A DNA stretch of 64,000 bases. It comes from Thermoplasmata archaeon. Lineage in GTDB: Archaea > Thermoplasmatota > Thermoplasmata > Lutacidiplasmatales > UBA184. Position 1 is the stretch's first letter; the number at the start of each line of letters is the position of its first letter. The stretch spans positions 115,403 through 179,402 of the forward strand of contig JAKAVQ010000004.1 in NCBI GenBank assembly GCA_021817245.1, in the 5' to 3' direction. Below are positions 17,251-27,078 of this stretch, piece by piece. A program made the translations under genes and the position numbers. The notes beneath the pieces were generated by a model. It was not told the origin of the DNA. It made no database searches and worked only from the letters and a program-made list of their open reading frames with translations.

Positions 17251-17797
17251 CCGGGCGGAAGCCCGGCGCCCGCACGGAGTCGCACATCCTCCCCCTCGGT
17301 CTCGCGACCGAGCCGGGCGCACTCCCATCCTCGGCAAGAAAAGCGATCAGCGGGGCTCAGAGCCCCGAGCCGGCGGGGTCGCCGTCGCATCCCGGGAGCT
17401 GGTCCCCCCGCTGCGGGGGGATAGGGCCCGCGCGACGTCCTCTCGTCGCCGTACGAGACCGCCTACCGGGTGGACGGTCCGGAGTAGAAGGTCCACGCAC
17501 CTTGCCGGAGGTTTCGATCCCCCGCCGAGCAAGTCTCGAAACCCGTTCTTTCGACGATCGCCGGACCTCGCCGCGCCATCGAGGTCCGAGCGGACCCCTC
17601 CGAGAGTGCCGGGACGAGGCGCCTCTCTCCTCGCTCCCGATCACCGACGCTTCACCGGGGAGGTGCGTTCCCTCACGGTCCGCAGGGGACTCGCGCCGGG
17701 CGTTGGTCCTGCGATCGCTTCGATCCGGCTCCGCTCGGGGTCGACGGCCGGTCGCCCAGTCGCGCCGACGACGACACGCATCCTCCGAGGCCACTAT

Positions 17798-17823
17798 GGT
17801 CCCCGCCCACAAGGGCAGGGACC
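17798..17823. terminator. GC-rich stem-loop between convergent genes (terminator candidate)
   Basis: GGTCCCCGCCC-ACAA-GGGCAGGGACC forms an 11-bp stem (one G-U pair). It lies about 35 nt downstream of the stop of the minus-strand gene ending at 17858. There is no clear U tract. Confidence 0.3.
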
Positions 17824-17857
17824 GGCCCCCTCGGAGGGAGAAAAGGTTCTGCTGCGT

Positions 17858-19378
17858 TCACGACCGGCGCCTGCGGTACCAGAGATAGGCCACGCCGCCG
17901 ACGAGGGCGACCGCGACGACCAGCGCGAGCTCCAGGACCGGCCACGGATAATCCCAGGACGAGGCGATGCTTCCGGGAACGGTCGGTGCGGCCCCGCTGG
18001 CAAGCCCCGCCGCCGCGAGGGCGGCGGCGGTCGGGCTCATGGGTTCCGCCGACACCTCCACGGGCGGTACGCCCGTCGCCGAGTAGGTGGGGGCGAGCGC
18101 CCCCGGACCCGAATGCGATCCCATCCCGTCCCCCATCGACACGGCCGAGTCGTTGGTGCGGTAGGCGGCGACGGCGGCACGAGGCTCGAGCGCGCCGAGC
18201 CCTCCCGAGACATCGATCGCGAGCTGCGGGCTCGCGAGATAGGAGAACGCCATTTGGCAGCCGTCCCACTCGCCCGTCCCGTAGTCGAAGAAGTTGGCGG
18301 GCGCTGGGAGGAAGATCAGACCGTCCAACGCGTCGAGCGCGCGCGCGAAGTTCAGGGAGATCAACGGGAGCCGGGTGCCGTTCGGCAGGGTCATCGCGCC
18401 GATCACTGATTCCTCCAGCGAAATATTGCCGGTCGGAGCGAGCGTACCGGACGGAGTACCCCCGAGAGAGATCGTGGCTCCGCTCGCGTTCACCTTCTCG
18501 TACGACCACGAGAGGGACCAGCCGCCGCTTCCGGAGTACGAGCTGTTCGAGCCGTGGGGCTGAGGCCCGAGCGCCCCGCCCGTGCCGCCATTGACCGGTA
18601 CGAGTCCGAGGGGGGGTGTGAAGGTGAGGTCGGCCGACGACTGCCCGGTGGCGCGGAATGTCTCCGTGACGATCCGGACGCCGTTCGGGGTCGTGACCCG
18701 GATGTCCGCGCTCGAGCGCGCCCATGCGTCGGCGGTCGCCGAGGAGTCCCGCGCGGCGAACGCCGGCACGGACCCCCCGTTCGCGTAGACCGACCCGTTG
18801 TTCGTGATGTTGAGGTGGCCCACCGCATGATCGTACGTAGCGTGGTGGAGAACGACCTCGAGGGCCGGCGCGCGACAGTCCGGGGAGCAGTACTGAGTCG
18901 TGAAGTTCGATAGGACGGTGCGGTCGATCGAGAGGCGACTGAGGTTCCCGGAGACGTTCTGTCGATCGTACACGGTGTACCAGCCCAGGTACGCCGAGAT
19001 CGTATGGACCCCCATCGGGGTGGCCGTGCTGACGTTGAACCACCGGTCGGTCCCGTACGCCCAAGCGTCCGGGTTCGCGGGAGAGACCGCGGCGCCGGCC
19101 GCAGACGGAGCGCCCGCCAAGGACAGCGCTCCGAGTACCGTCGCCGCCAAGATCAGTCCGACGAGCCCCACGGCGCGGACCGGGCGCGAAGCTTTCCCCC
19201 ACATGGTGCACCGAACCGCGCCGACGCCGTGGAGAGGCAAAGGGCTCACGTCAAGGTCACCTGACGGACGGGCGACGATCCAGTACCGGCGCCGCTGGGG
19301 GGGGAAGGTGGTCTCCCAGAGGACGCGGGTCCTCTCGACGCCTCCATTGGCCTCTCGCCGGGCGGACGGCTCCGTCAC
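17858..19378 (-). CDS. secreted, C-terminally membrane-anchored surface protein (hypothetical, sequon-rich)
   Basis: 506 aa with an internal signal-like segment VGLVGLILAATVLGALSLAGAPSAAGA, many N-x-S/T sequons, and a C-terminal TM helix plus basic tail (LALVVAVALVGGVAYLWYRRRRS). The start overlaps the upstream gene stop by 4 nt. Confidence 0.65.
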   Translation of the reverse strand: MTEPSARREANGGVERTRVLWETTFPPQRRRYWIVARPSGDLDVSPLPLHGVGAVRCTMWGKASRPVRAVGLVGLILAATVLGALSLAGAPSAAGAAVSPANPDAWAYGTDRWFNVSTATPMGVHTISAYLGWYTVYDRQNVSGNLSRLSIDRTVLSNFTTQYCSPDCRAPALEVVLHHATYDHAVGHLNITNNGSVYANGGSVPAFAARDSSATADAWARSSADIRVTTPNGVRIVTETFRATGQSSADLTFTPPLGLVPVNGGTGGALGPQPHGSNSSYSGSGGWSLSWSYEKVNASGATISLGGTPSGTLAPTGNISLEESVIGAMTLPNGTRLPLISLNFARALDALDGLIFLPAPANFFDYGTGEWDGCQMAFSYLASPQLAIDVSGGLGALEPRAAVAAYRTNDSAVSMGDGMGSHSGPGALAPTYSATGVPPVEVSAEPMSPTAAALAAAGLASGAAPTVPGSIASSWDYPWPVLELALVVAVALVGGVAYLWYRRRRS

Positions 19379-22300
19379 TCTCGTCCGCTCGGCCCGGGGG
19401 GCCCCTCGGTCGGCTCCGTCGGCGTCGCCTCCGGCCGCTTCGGCCGGCCCCGCATCACCACTGCCGTCACCACAACCGCGCCCGCAACGAGCGCCCCCAC
19501 CACCGCGATGTCCGTGGTGGACAGAACCCCGGACGACCCGGACGACGCGGCCGTTGCGGAGAACGTGAGCAGTACGTGGACCGGCGTGCCGGCCACCGTG
19601 AAGGACCCGGTCGATGGAGAGACCAGATAGCCGGGCGCGACCACCCGGAACTCGAACGATCCGTTCGCCAAGGCCAGGTCAAGTCCGTCCGGCCCGGCCA
19701 AGTGGTCCGACCCGGCGAGGGTCAGCACCCAGCTCCCTCCGGCGCCGAGCCCCCGCACCTCGAAGGTGACCGGGTAGGTGTACGGTTGGAACTCGACCGC
19801 TTGCGTGAGCGCCGAGCCGTTCACGATCACCGTGCCCGAGGGCTCCGCGACCGCGAACCCGATCGGCACGCCGATGGAGTACGCGTACGAACCGTTAGGG
19901 AGCGACAGAGAGAGCGCGCCGGATCCGACCCGGTACTCCGCGCCCTCCACGGCCAACACCCACGGAAGACCCGCCGGCAACCCCGTGGACTGCCACGTGA
20001 CGGCGTAAAGGACGCGCTCGAACGCGAGCGTGAGGCCGAGGGATGTGCCCTCGATCGTGACCCTGCCGGACGCCGGAACTGACTCGAACCCCGCCGGCGA
20101 GCCGACGGCGTAGCCGTAGGTCCCGTTCGCCACCGAGATCGCAAGCGTCGGTTCCGTGGACCGGTACGTAGTACCGCCCAACGTGAACCCCCACTCGACG
20201 CCCGCCGGAAGGCCGACCGTGAGGACCGATAGTCCGTAGGTCCGGAGCGCAAACTGGACCGGGACCGATACGTTCTGTCCGACCACCTCGATCGTGCCCA
20301 TGGACGGAGTCGCGGCGTAGTCCGACGCGGCGATCGAGAACGCGTAGCTCCCGTTGGCCGCCGTGAACCCCACCGAGGACGTCGAGGTCGTGACGGCCGT
20401 GCCCGCGAACGTGACGTTCCAGGGGGTGCCGACCGGAAGCCCGGTCGACTCGAAAACGACCGAGTAGTTGGTCGGGGCGGCGACGAACTGGAGGGTCACC
20501 GCGAGGTTCTGGTGGTGCATCACGCCGTGCCCGGACCCGTCATGCGACCGGTACCCGGCGGGAGCGAGCGCCTGGTAGGAGAACGGAGTGAACGCACCGT
20601 TCAGCTCCGGGATCGCGAGCGTGCTCGAGGAGGTACGGAACGCCGTGCCGTTGAAGAGAACTCCCCAGATAGCTCCGGCCGGGAGCCCGACGGCGGAGAA
20701 CGTGACCGCCGAGTAGTTCCAGGGGGCCGCGAGAGGGTACTGGTCGAATATCGTTCCTCCCACGGTGTAGGGCTGGTCGACGATCCCGTCGCTGCCCGGC
20801 ACACTCTGGGCGCTGCCGTTGCTGAGATCAGGGCCGGTCCAGCTACTCCAGTAATTTCCTCCGACCGGGTACCCATCGTCCCAAACCGAGCCTGAAGCGG
20901 CGGCAGAGCCCGAGAGGTCCACAGGCCCGTTGTCCACGAAGTTGTTGTGGTAGACCCGGACCACCCCGGCCGGCGCGAAGTCGATCGGGTTCGCGTTCTG
21001 GTAGAGGTCGTTCGACGCGTAGACGACGCCCGAGCTTCCGTCCTCGACGACACCGACACCGTTCGCGGTCGCGTTGTTGTCGGCGACCACGCCCGCGACG
21101 CCGGCCGATACCTCGAGACCCACCGGCATCGAGCGGATGCTGTTCGCCTCGACCGTGAAGTTGACGGGTCCGCTCAGGGAGATTCCGACGTGACTCTCGC
21201 CGGAAACCACGTTCGACGAGACGGTGACCCCCGTCCCTCCGTCCAGGTGGATCCCTTCGGCGCCGCCGCCCAGGACCTGGTTGCCCGAGACGACGATCGA
21301 ACTCGCTCCCAGCGAGTAAAGGGCGGTGCCGGGCCAGTTCGAAAACGTGTTGCGTGCGATCGTTACGCCGATGCAGTTGGTGAGTTCGATCGCGCGGGGG
21401 GCGGTGGGGGACCCGGTGAGGACCGAGGCCGAGACCTGAAGTTCACGGTCGTTGGAGATCACGAGCCCGGCCGTGATGGGGGAGGCGAAAGTGCTTCCAA
21501 CGACCCAAAGCCGGTTCGAGTAGGAGTCGACGAGCCCGATGTAGTCTTGGCTGGCGGTGTTCTGGGTGAAGTCCAAGCGGCCGTTGGTGGAAAAGCGGTA
21601 ACCCGAGGCGCCCGTCGCCGTCAGGTTGTTCGCCGTGTTGCCGCTCATCTGGACGTTGTGCGATGACGTCATCCCGATCCCCGTCACGGCCGCGCTCGAG
21701 ACGTCGTTGTTGGTGACGGTCCCGTGGACCCCATAGGCGATCGTGATCCCGGCCCCGGCGGAAAAGCGCACGTCGTTACCGGTCAGTGTGAAATCGAGCA
21801 CCTGGTCGATCGAGATCCCCGTGGTGCCGGGCGGACCCCCGGGACCCGTCCTTGCGTGCGAGAGGTCGTTCGATCGCACCGTGACGTACTCGCCGCCCGA
21901 TGCCGCCACGCCGACCACCGTGCGTTCGGCAAGGTTCGAGGCGAGGAGGACGTTGGTCGAGTTGGAAACCGCGAACCCGGTGGCGGTGTCGTTGGCGCGG
22001 TTGCCGACCACGCTGACGCTCGCCCCGCCCTGGAGGATCAGGCCGGCCGCGCTCGCTCCGGCCTCAGCGGAGAGGTCGTTGCCCGTGACGTTCGCCCACG
22101 TGACCTGGGAGAGCCGCAGTCCTGCTTGGGCGGCACCGGAGAGGTCGCTCGCCGCCACGTTCAGGTCGGTGGCGGCCGTGGCCGCGAGCCCGACCGTGGA
22201 GCCGGCGAGGCGCGAGCTCGTGATCTCCACGCCCTGCGACGCTCGGATCTCGAGCCCGACCTGGACCGAGCTCACGGTCACGCCCTGGACCCGGATGGAG

Positions 22301-23121
22301 GTCGAGTTGTCGATCTGCACTCCGAGGCTTGCGTCGGAAAGACTACCGCCGACGATCGAGCTGTTGTGGGAGGTGTGGATCGTGACGGCCGTGGCCCCAC
22401 CGAGCACGGTCATCTCGGCGAGGGTGACGTCAGACGCGGCATCGACCTCGACGGCCGCCGGAACGGATGGAGAAGCGATCACGGAGTACCCATCTCCGGC
22501 GAGCACGCTGCCGTTCCGTTGATCGACGATCGCTCCGTGAAAGTCCGCAGTAAGAGTGTAGACACCGTTCGAAATCGAGACGGGCGCGCTCGGGTCGCTC
22601 AACGTGCCATCGGGGTAGATCACGAGGGTCACGGTGGGGGAAGCACCCCCCGCCGCTCCCCAAGGGCCGGGGGGCCCCGGATTCGCGACGATCGAAGAGG
22701 GCGCGGACGTCAGAGCGGGACTTGCGCGGGCGGCGGCCCCGGGTCCGCTCACCATCGGGAAGAAGCCGCTCAGCAACAGCGCACCCACGACCACAACGAG
22801 GGCGACCGACACGGGGATCGCGGATCGCGCGGGCGCACGGGTGCTCGGACCGCCGCGCGCGACCGCTGGGGCCGGCCGGTGCTCTGGCTCGGGAGACGCG
22901 GGAGAGCTCGGCCGTCGAAAAGATGCTGGCTCGCCCCCGGGTTCTGTGGACAGACCGCGATCGAACATCGAGGCTCCAGAAGGGGCCGAGCGCAATTCCC
23001 GGAGAAAAGCAATCGGTGAAACAGGCTCGACGGGCGGCCGCCCGCGCCCCCGACCGGCCGCCGGTTTTGTCGGGGAGACCGAGGTCCGTCGAGTCCGTTT
23101 CACCCGACGCCCGCCCGCCAA
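19375..23121 (-). CDS. large surface protein with right-handed parallel beta-helix (PbH1/NosD-like) repeats and C-terminal TM anchor
   Basis: 1248 aa. There is a long run of about 22-residue repeats of the type xxNxIxGNxxxxxxxGIxLxxSxxxxV (beta-helix), then repeated Ig-like modules of about 90 aa (YxVTFxxxGLPxGxxWxV pattern), then the TM anchor VVGALVAGAVVVTAVVM. The N-terminal limit is uncertain; an alternative start is MFDRG about 52 codons in. Confidence 0.75.
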   Translation of the reverse strand: MAGGRRVKRTRRTSVSPTKPAAGRGRGRPPVEPVSPIAFLRELRSAPSGASMFDRGLSTEPGGEPASFRRPSSPASPEPEHRPAPAVARGGPSTRAPARSAIPVSVALVVVVGALLLSGFFPMVSGPGAAARASPALTSAPSSIVANPGPPGPWGAAGGASPTVTLVIYPDGTLSDPSAPVSISNGVYTLTADFHGAIVDQRNGSVLAGDGYSVIASPSVPAAVEVDAASDVTLAEMTVLGGATAVTIHTSHNSSIVGGSLSDASLGVQIDNSTSIRVQGVTVSSVQVGLEIRASQGVEITSSRLAGSTVGLAATAATDLNVAASDLSGAAQAGLRLSQVTWANVTGNDLSAEAGASAAGLILQGGASVSVVGNRANDTATGFAVSNSTNVLLASNLAERTVVGVAASGGEYVTVRSNDLSHARTGPGGPPGTTGISIDQVLDFTLTGNDVRFSAGAGITIAYGVHGTVTNNDVSSAAVTGIGMTSSHNVQMSGNTANNLTATGASGYRFSTNGRLDFTQNTASQDYIGLVDSYSNRLWVVGSTFASPITAGLVISNDRELQVSASVLTGSPTAPRAIELTNCIGVTIARNTFSNWPGTALYSLGASSIVVSGNQVLGGGAEGIHLDGGTGVTVSSNVVSGESHVGISLSGPVNFTVEANSIRSMPVGLEVSAGVAGVVADNNATANGVGVVEDGSSGVVYASNDLYQNANPIDFAPAGVVRVYHNNFVDNGPVDLSGSAAASGSVWDDGYPVGGNYWSSWTGPDLSNGSAQSVPGSDGIVDQPYTVGGTIFDQYPLAAPWNYSAVTFSAVGLPAGAIWGVLFNGTAFRTSSSTLAIPELNGAFTPFSYQALAPAGYRSHDGSGHGVMHHQNLAVTLQFVAAPTNYSVVFESTGLPVGTPWNVTFAGTAVTTSTSSVGFTAANGSYAFSIAASDYAATPSMGTIEVVGQNVSVPVQFALRTYGLSVLTVGLPAGVEWGFTLGGTTYRSTEPTLAISVANGTYGYAVGSPAGFESVPASGRVTIEGTSLGLTLAFERVLYAVTWQSTGLPAGLPWVLAVEGAEYRVGSGALSLSLPNGSYAYSIGVPIGFAVAEPSGTVIVNGSALTQAVEFQPYTYPVTFEVRGLGAGGSWVLTLAGSDHLAGPDGLDLALANGSFEFRVVAPGYLVSPSTGSFTVAGTPVHVLLTFSATAASSGSSGVLSTTDIAVVGALVAGAVVVTAVVMRGRPKRPEATPTEPTEGPPGPSGRE

Positions 23122-23183
23122 AGCGTCCGAATCAACCGGGCTTCACGTTCGCCCTATCTGCGCGGACCGCCCATTGGCCGAGC

Positions 23184-26100
23184 ATGCAAGCGGGCGCCTC
23201 GACGCCTCAGCGATGGGCAAAGCGACGTTGGACACGGTTGATCCTCCCGGTCACGATCGCCGTCCTGATGGCGGTCCCCGCCGGCTGGCTCGCGATGGGC
23301 GCAAGCCCGCAACCGCTCGCGGTGGCGACCGGCGCGGACGTGGACCCCTCGTCGACGCTGGACGCGGCGATCGCATCTTTGGGCAACGGTGACGGACCGG
23401 CGGGCGGGTCGCCACTCCAATGCGCCACGACTTCCCCGACCCAAGCCTCCTGCGACTCGGTCACCAGTGCGACCCTCGTGACCAATCCGCCGGGCGGTGG
23501 CGGCGGAGAGAACGAGACCACCTCTTACAACGGAACCTGGCTCACCACCCAGCTGAGCCGCTGGGGCGGCGGCGTGGCCTACGACCCCAACATCGGCGCG
23601 ATCGTCGTGGCCGGCGGCTCCTTCATGGGAGCGGCCGAGGTCTCCTACCTCGGCGACACTTGGTATTTCCAGGACGGGAACTGGACCCACACCTACATCA
23701 CGTCGAGCATGAGCGTGCGCGGCGGGATCTCGATGACGTACGACGCACGGGACCACTACACGCTGATGTTCGGCGGGATTCGCGGCGGTCACGTACTGAC
23801 GGAGAACTGGGTCTTCCAGTTCGGCACTTGGACCCTCCTCAAGCCGGCGATCGTGCCCGCGGCCCGGATCGGCGCGTCCCTGGCGTTCGACTCCGCCGAC
23901 AACACGGTCGTCCTCTTCGGGGGGTATGCCCCGTCCTCCGGCAGCACGGCCGGCGGCACCTACTTCGCGGACACCTGGTACTATTCGGGCGGCACCTGGA
24001 CCCCGGTCACCACGACCTACGCTCCCACACCCCGCGCGAACGCCTCGATGGAGTACGACCCGAACCTGGGCGCGTTGGTCCTCTTCGGCGGAAGCAGCCC
24101 GTCCGGCCCGCTCGCCGACACCTGGACCTTCTCACACGGTCAGTGGACCGACCTGAGCGCGACCCTGAGCGGCGCTGCGCCCCCGGCCCGTGGCGCGTCC
24201 GCGATGGCCTGGGACGATGCGGACCACGAGATGGTCATGATGGGAGGCTCGGGCGCCTCGGGCCCGCTCGGAGACGCTTGGGCGCTCATCGGCGCTCACT
24301 GGTCTCCGCTGCCGGCCGGACCGTCCCCGCGCTTCGGCGCGATGATGGCGTACGACACGCAGCTCCAGGCGCTCGTCCTCTTCGGAGGCGGTGCCGGCAC
24401 GACCGCGCTCGGTGACACCTGGTACTTCCAGGGCGGATCCTGGTCTCAGGACACCCAGGGGATGTCGATCAGCGGACGGACGGGCGCGAGCCTGGTCGTT
24501 CTGCCCTCGACGGGCAGCGCGCTGCTCTTCGGCGGCTGGTCGGGCTCGGGCTACTTGGGCGACAGCTGGATGTTCCGGTGGGGCAGCTGGACGTTGATGG
24601 CCGCCGCCGGCACCGGCCCGGCGCCGCGGACGAACGCGGGGCTCGCCTACGTGCAGACGGGACCGAACGCGACCGACGGCTACGCGGTCCTCTACGGTGG
24701 CTTCGACGGTGCCTACCTCAACGACACCTGGTCCTACGCGAACGGGGTCTGGACTCCGCTCGCGACGAACGGAACGCCGGGCGCTCGGTCGGGGATGGTC
24801 TTTGCCTCGAGCGGAACGACGAGCACCGCCCTGCTCTACGGAGGAATGGGGCCGGCGGGCCTCCTCGCCGACACGTGGGAGTTCAACGGCGCGACACTGA
24901 ATTGGACCGCAGTCTCGAACACCGGAACGACCCCGGTCGCCCGCGCGTTCGCTGCGTCCACCTACGACCCCACCTCGAACTCCGTCCTGATCTTCGGAGG
25001 CGAGGGGAAGTCCGGCTACCTCGGCGACACCTGGGAGGTTACCCTGCCCGACGCGGCCGGTGTGTCCACCTGGACGCAGTATTCCGGGGCCGCTCCGTCG
25101 GCACGGTCGAACTCGAGCTTCGCCTGGGTCCCGATGTACCCGTACAATGGCGGAGTGCTCGTCGGCGGAACCAACCTGACCAGCGTGGCCTTGGACGACT
25201 ACTGGGGCTTCAGCGCCGGCGTCTGGACCCAATACCCGACGCCTCCCGCTGGGGGAGGCGGGGGCTCGAGCGGCGGAGAAGAGAACACGACCGAGGTCGA
25301 GGCGACCTCGCCGATGCCGCGGTCGGGCGGTGCCATGTTCTTCACGCCGGACGACAGCTACCTGACCTACTTCGGCGGGCAGACGTCGGCCGGGGTCCAG
25401 AGCGACAGCTGGTCGCTGGTCCTGTTCCTCGTCCAGCCGTCGGGCAGCTCGGTCCGCGCGGACTCGGGCGCCACGATCCAGTACCACGGGGCGCTGTTCG
25501 GCGGAACGAAGCCGTTCACCTACCTGTGGACGTTCGGCGACGGGAGCACGAGCACTTCCGCGACCCCCACGCACGCCTACGCGATCGGGACGAACCTGAC
25601 CAGCCAGGTGTTCGTGAACACCGTGGTCGTCTCCGATGCCAGCGGGATCACCGACACCCGCACGTTCGACACCGTGGTCTACCCGAGCCTCCAGGTCAAC
25701 TGGACAATCGGCAACACGGCCGCGGACGTCGGCGTGCCGCTTTCGTTCTCGAGCACGATCAGCGGCGGTGCTCCGCCGGTGAAGGTGTTCTGGGACTTCG
25801 GCACCGGTGACCGCTACTACGGCTGCAACGGGAGCTACACCTTCCTCGTCCCGGGCAACCACACCGTGACCTTCCACGCCTTCAGTGGCGGCGGAACGAG
25901 CTACCAGAACACCACGCTGGTCTCGGCCGTGCCGACCCCGACCGCCCAGATCCGGGTGTCGCACCTCGTGACCGACGTCGGGGTCCCGGTGGACTTCTCC
26001 GCGGACGTCCGCAACGGCGTGGGACCGCACCACTACCAGTGGAGCTTCGGCGACGGTGCGAGCTCGGCCGACGCGGCCGCGTCGCACGCGTACTCGACCC

Positions 26101-26972
26101 CGGGGACCTACACCGTCTCGCTCGAGGTCAGCGACGCGTTCGAACAGCCGACGGCGGCGCTCATGAGCGTGACCGTCAACGCCCTTCCGACGATCGAAGC
26201 CGTGGTGGCGATGCCGAGCTCGACGGACGTCGGGTTCCCCGTCCACTTCACGGGCGACGGGTCCGGCGGCACGGGCAACCTGAGCTGGGACTGGGACTTC
26301 GGAGACGGAACGTACTCGAAGGACTACGAGTACAACCACAGCTACGACTACGACACCCCGGCCACCTACGACTACAACTACAGCTACGACTACAATCACA
26401 CCTACCTCAGCCCGGGAGTCTACCACGTCACGGTCTGGGCCAACGACACGCTCGGGATCTCTGCGAGCACGGTCCTGGACGTCACCGTCATGCCCCTGCC
26501 CACGATCGACCAGTTCACCGCGAGCGCGACCCAGCTCAACCTTGGTGACCCGCTGACCCTGCAGGCAGTCGTCTCGGGCGGGGTCGGACCGTACTCCTAC
26601 CAGTACGCGAACCTGCCGTCCGGGTGCCAGGCGGCCGACACCCCCACCGTGGAATGCCGGGTGAACCAGTCGGGCGACTTCTCGGTCACCCTCTACGTCA
26701 CCGACGCGGTCGGAGCCCAGACGTCAAAGATCGTCGCCCTGCACGTCAACAGCCCCAACAGCCCGAGCACCATCTTCGGGACGGGCGATGCCGGCGTGCT
26801 CGAGGCCGTTCTCGTGGTCGCGGTGATCGCGGTCGCCCTGGTGGTCCTCGCCCTCTGGCGGGTCCTGTCGAAGGGACGGTCGAAGAACCAGACGGCGCTC
26901 GGTCCGGGACCGTCGACGACAGGCTCGGAACCCGGGACGGCCCGCACGGAGGAGTCCCGACCGCCCTCCTAG
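23184..26972 (+). CDS. Kelch-repeat plus PKD-domain surface protein with C-terminal TM anchor
   Basis: I chose the start at MQAGASTPQRWAKRRWTRLILPVTIAVLMAV (signal/TM); the track ORF begins at 22722, but that stretch is Arg-rich and overlaps the divergent gene. There are more than 10 Kelch-like repeats (recurrent GDTW/ADTW-x-F/Y...G-x-W) and about 5 PKD-like modules (FGDG...H-x-Y...G-x-Y-x-V). C-terminal anchor is AVLVVAVIAVALVVLALW. Confidence 0.8.
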   Translation: MQAGASTPQRWAKRRWTRLILPVTIAVLMAVPAGWLAMGASPQPLAVATGADVDPSSTLDAAIASLGNGDGPAGGSPLQCATTSPTQASCDSVTSATLVTNPPGGGGGENETTSYNGTWLTTQLSRWGGGVAYDPNIGAIVVAGGSFMGAAEVSYLGDTWYFQDGNWTHTYITSSMSVRGGISMTYDARDHYTLMFGGIRGGHVLTENWVFQFGTWTLLKPAIVPAARIGASLAFDSADNTVVLFGGYAPSSGSTAGGTYFADTWYYSGGTWTPVTTTYAPTPRANASMEYDPNLGALVLFGGSSPSGPLADTWTFSHGQWTDLSATLSGAAPPARGASAMAWDDADHEMVMMGGSGASGPLGDAWALIGAHWSPLPAGPSPRFGAMMAYDTQLQALVLFGGGAGTTALGDTWYFQGGSWSQDTQGMSISGRTGASLVVLPSTGSALLFGGWSGSGYLGDSWMFRWGSWTLMAAAGTGPAPRTNAGLAYVQTGPNATDGYAVLYGGFDGAYLNDTWSYANGVWTPLATNGTPGARSGMVFASSGTTSTALLYGGMGPAGLLADTWEFNGATLNWTAVSNTGTTPVARAFAASTYDPTSNSVLIFGGEGKSGYLGDTWEVTLPDAAGVSTWTQYSGAAPSARSNSSFAWVPMYPYNGGVLVGGTNLTSVALDDYWGFSAGVWTQYPTPPAGGGGGSSGGEENTTEVEATSPMPRSGGAMFFTPDDSYLTYFGGQTSAGVQSDSWSLVLFLVQPSGSSVRADSGATIQYHGALFGGTKPFTYLWTFGDGSTSTSATPTHAYAIGTNLTSQVFVNTVVVSDASGITDTRTFDTVVYPSLQVNWTIGNTAADVGVPLSFSSTISGGAPPVKVFWDFGTGDRYYGCNGSYTFLVPGNHTVTFHAFSGGGTSYQNTTLVSAVPTPTAQIRVSHLVTDVGVPVDFSADVRNGVGPHHYQWSFGDGASSADAAASHAYSTPGTYTVSLEVSDAFEQPTAALMSVTVNALPTIEAVVAMPSSTDVGFPVHFTGDGSGGTGNLSWDWDFGDGTYSKDYEYNHSYDYDTPATYDYNYSYDYNHTYLSPGVYHVTVWANDTLGISASTVLDVTVMPLPTIDQFTASATQLNLGDPLTLQAVVSGGVGPYSYQYANLPSGCQAADTPTVECRVNQSGDFSVTLYVTDAVGAQTSKIVALHVNSPNSPSTIFGTGDAGVLEAVLVVAVIAVALVVLALWRVLSKGRSKNQTALGPGPSTTGSEPGTARTEESRPPS

Positions 26973-27047
26973 CGCCGGCCCCCCCGCCGGTTGTCCGGTA
27001 CCGGCCCGCTCGCCGCGGGCGGGGCCGAGCGGCCGGCGCAACCCTTG

Positions 27048-27071
27048 GGAGGCCCCCGAGAGGGGGCCTCC
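27048..27071. terminator. perfect 10-bp stem-loop between convergent genes (bidirectional terminator candidate)
   Basis: GGAGGCCCCC-GAGA-GGGGGCCTCC is followed by GCCTTTCTCATTCTC on the plus strand. It lies between the Kelch/PKD gene stop (26972) and the MFS gene stop (27079). Confidence 0.45.
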
Positions 27072-27078
27072 GCCTTTC

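Noticed and set aside
17505-17545. tRNA-like T-arm motif (GGTTTCGATCC).
   Set aside because: I could not build a flanking acceptor stem, D-arm or anticodon arm. The motif instead pairs with TCGAAACC 18 nt downstream to form a simple hairpin.
22722-23183. Upstream extension of the Kelch/PKD ORF, since the track start is at 22722.
   Set aside because: The extension is Arg-rich and overlaps the 5' part of the divergent 1248-aa gene. A signal/TM segment follows the internal ATG at 23184.
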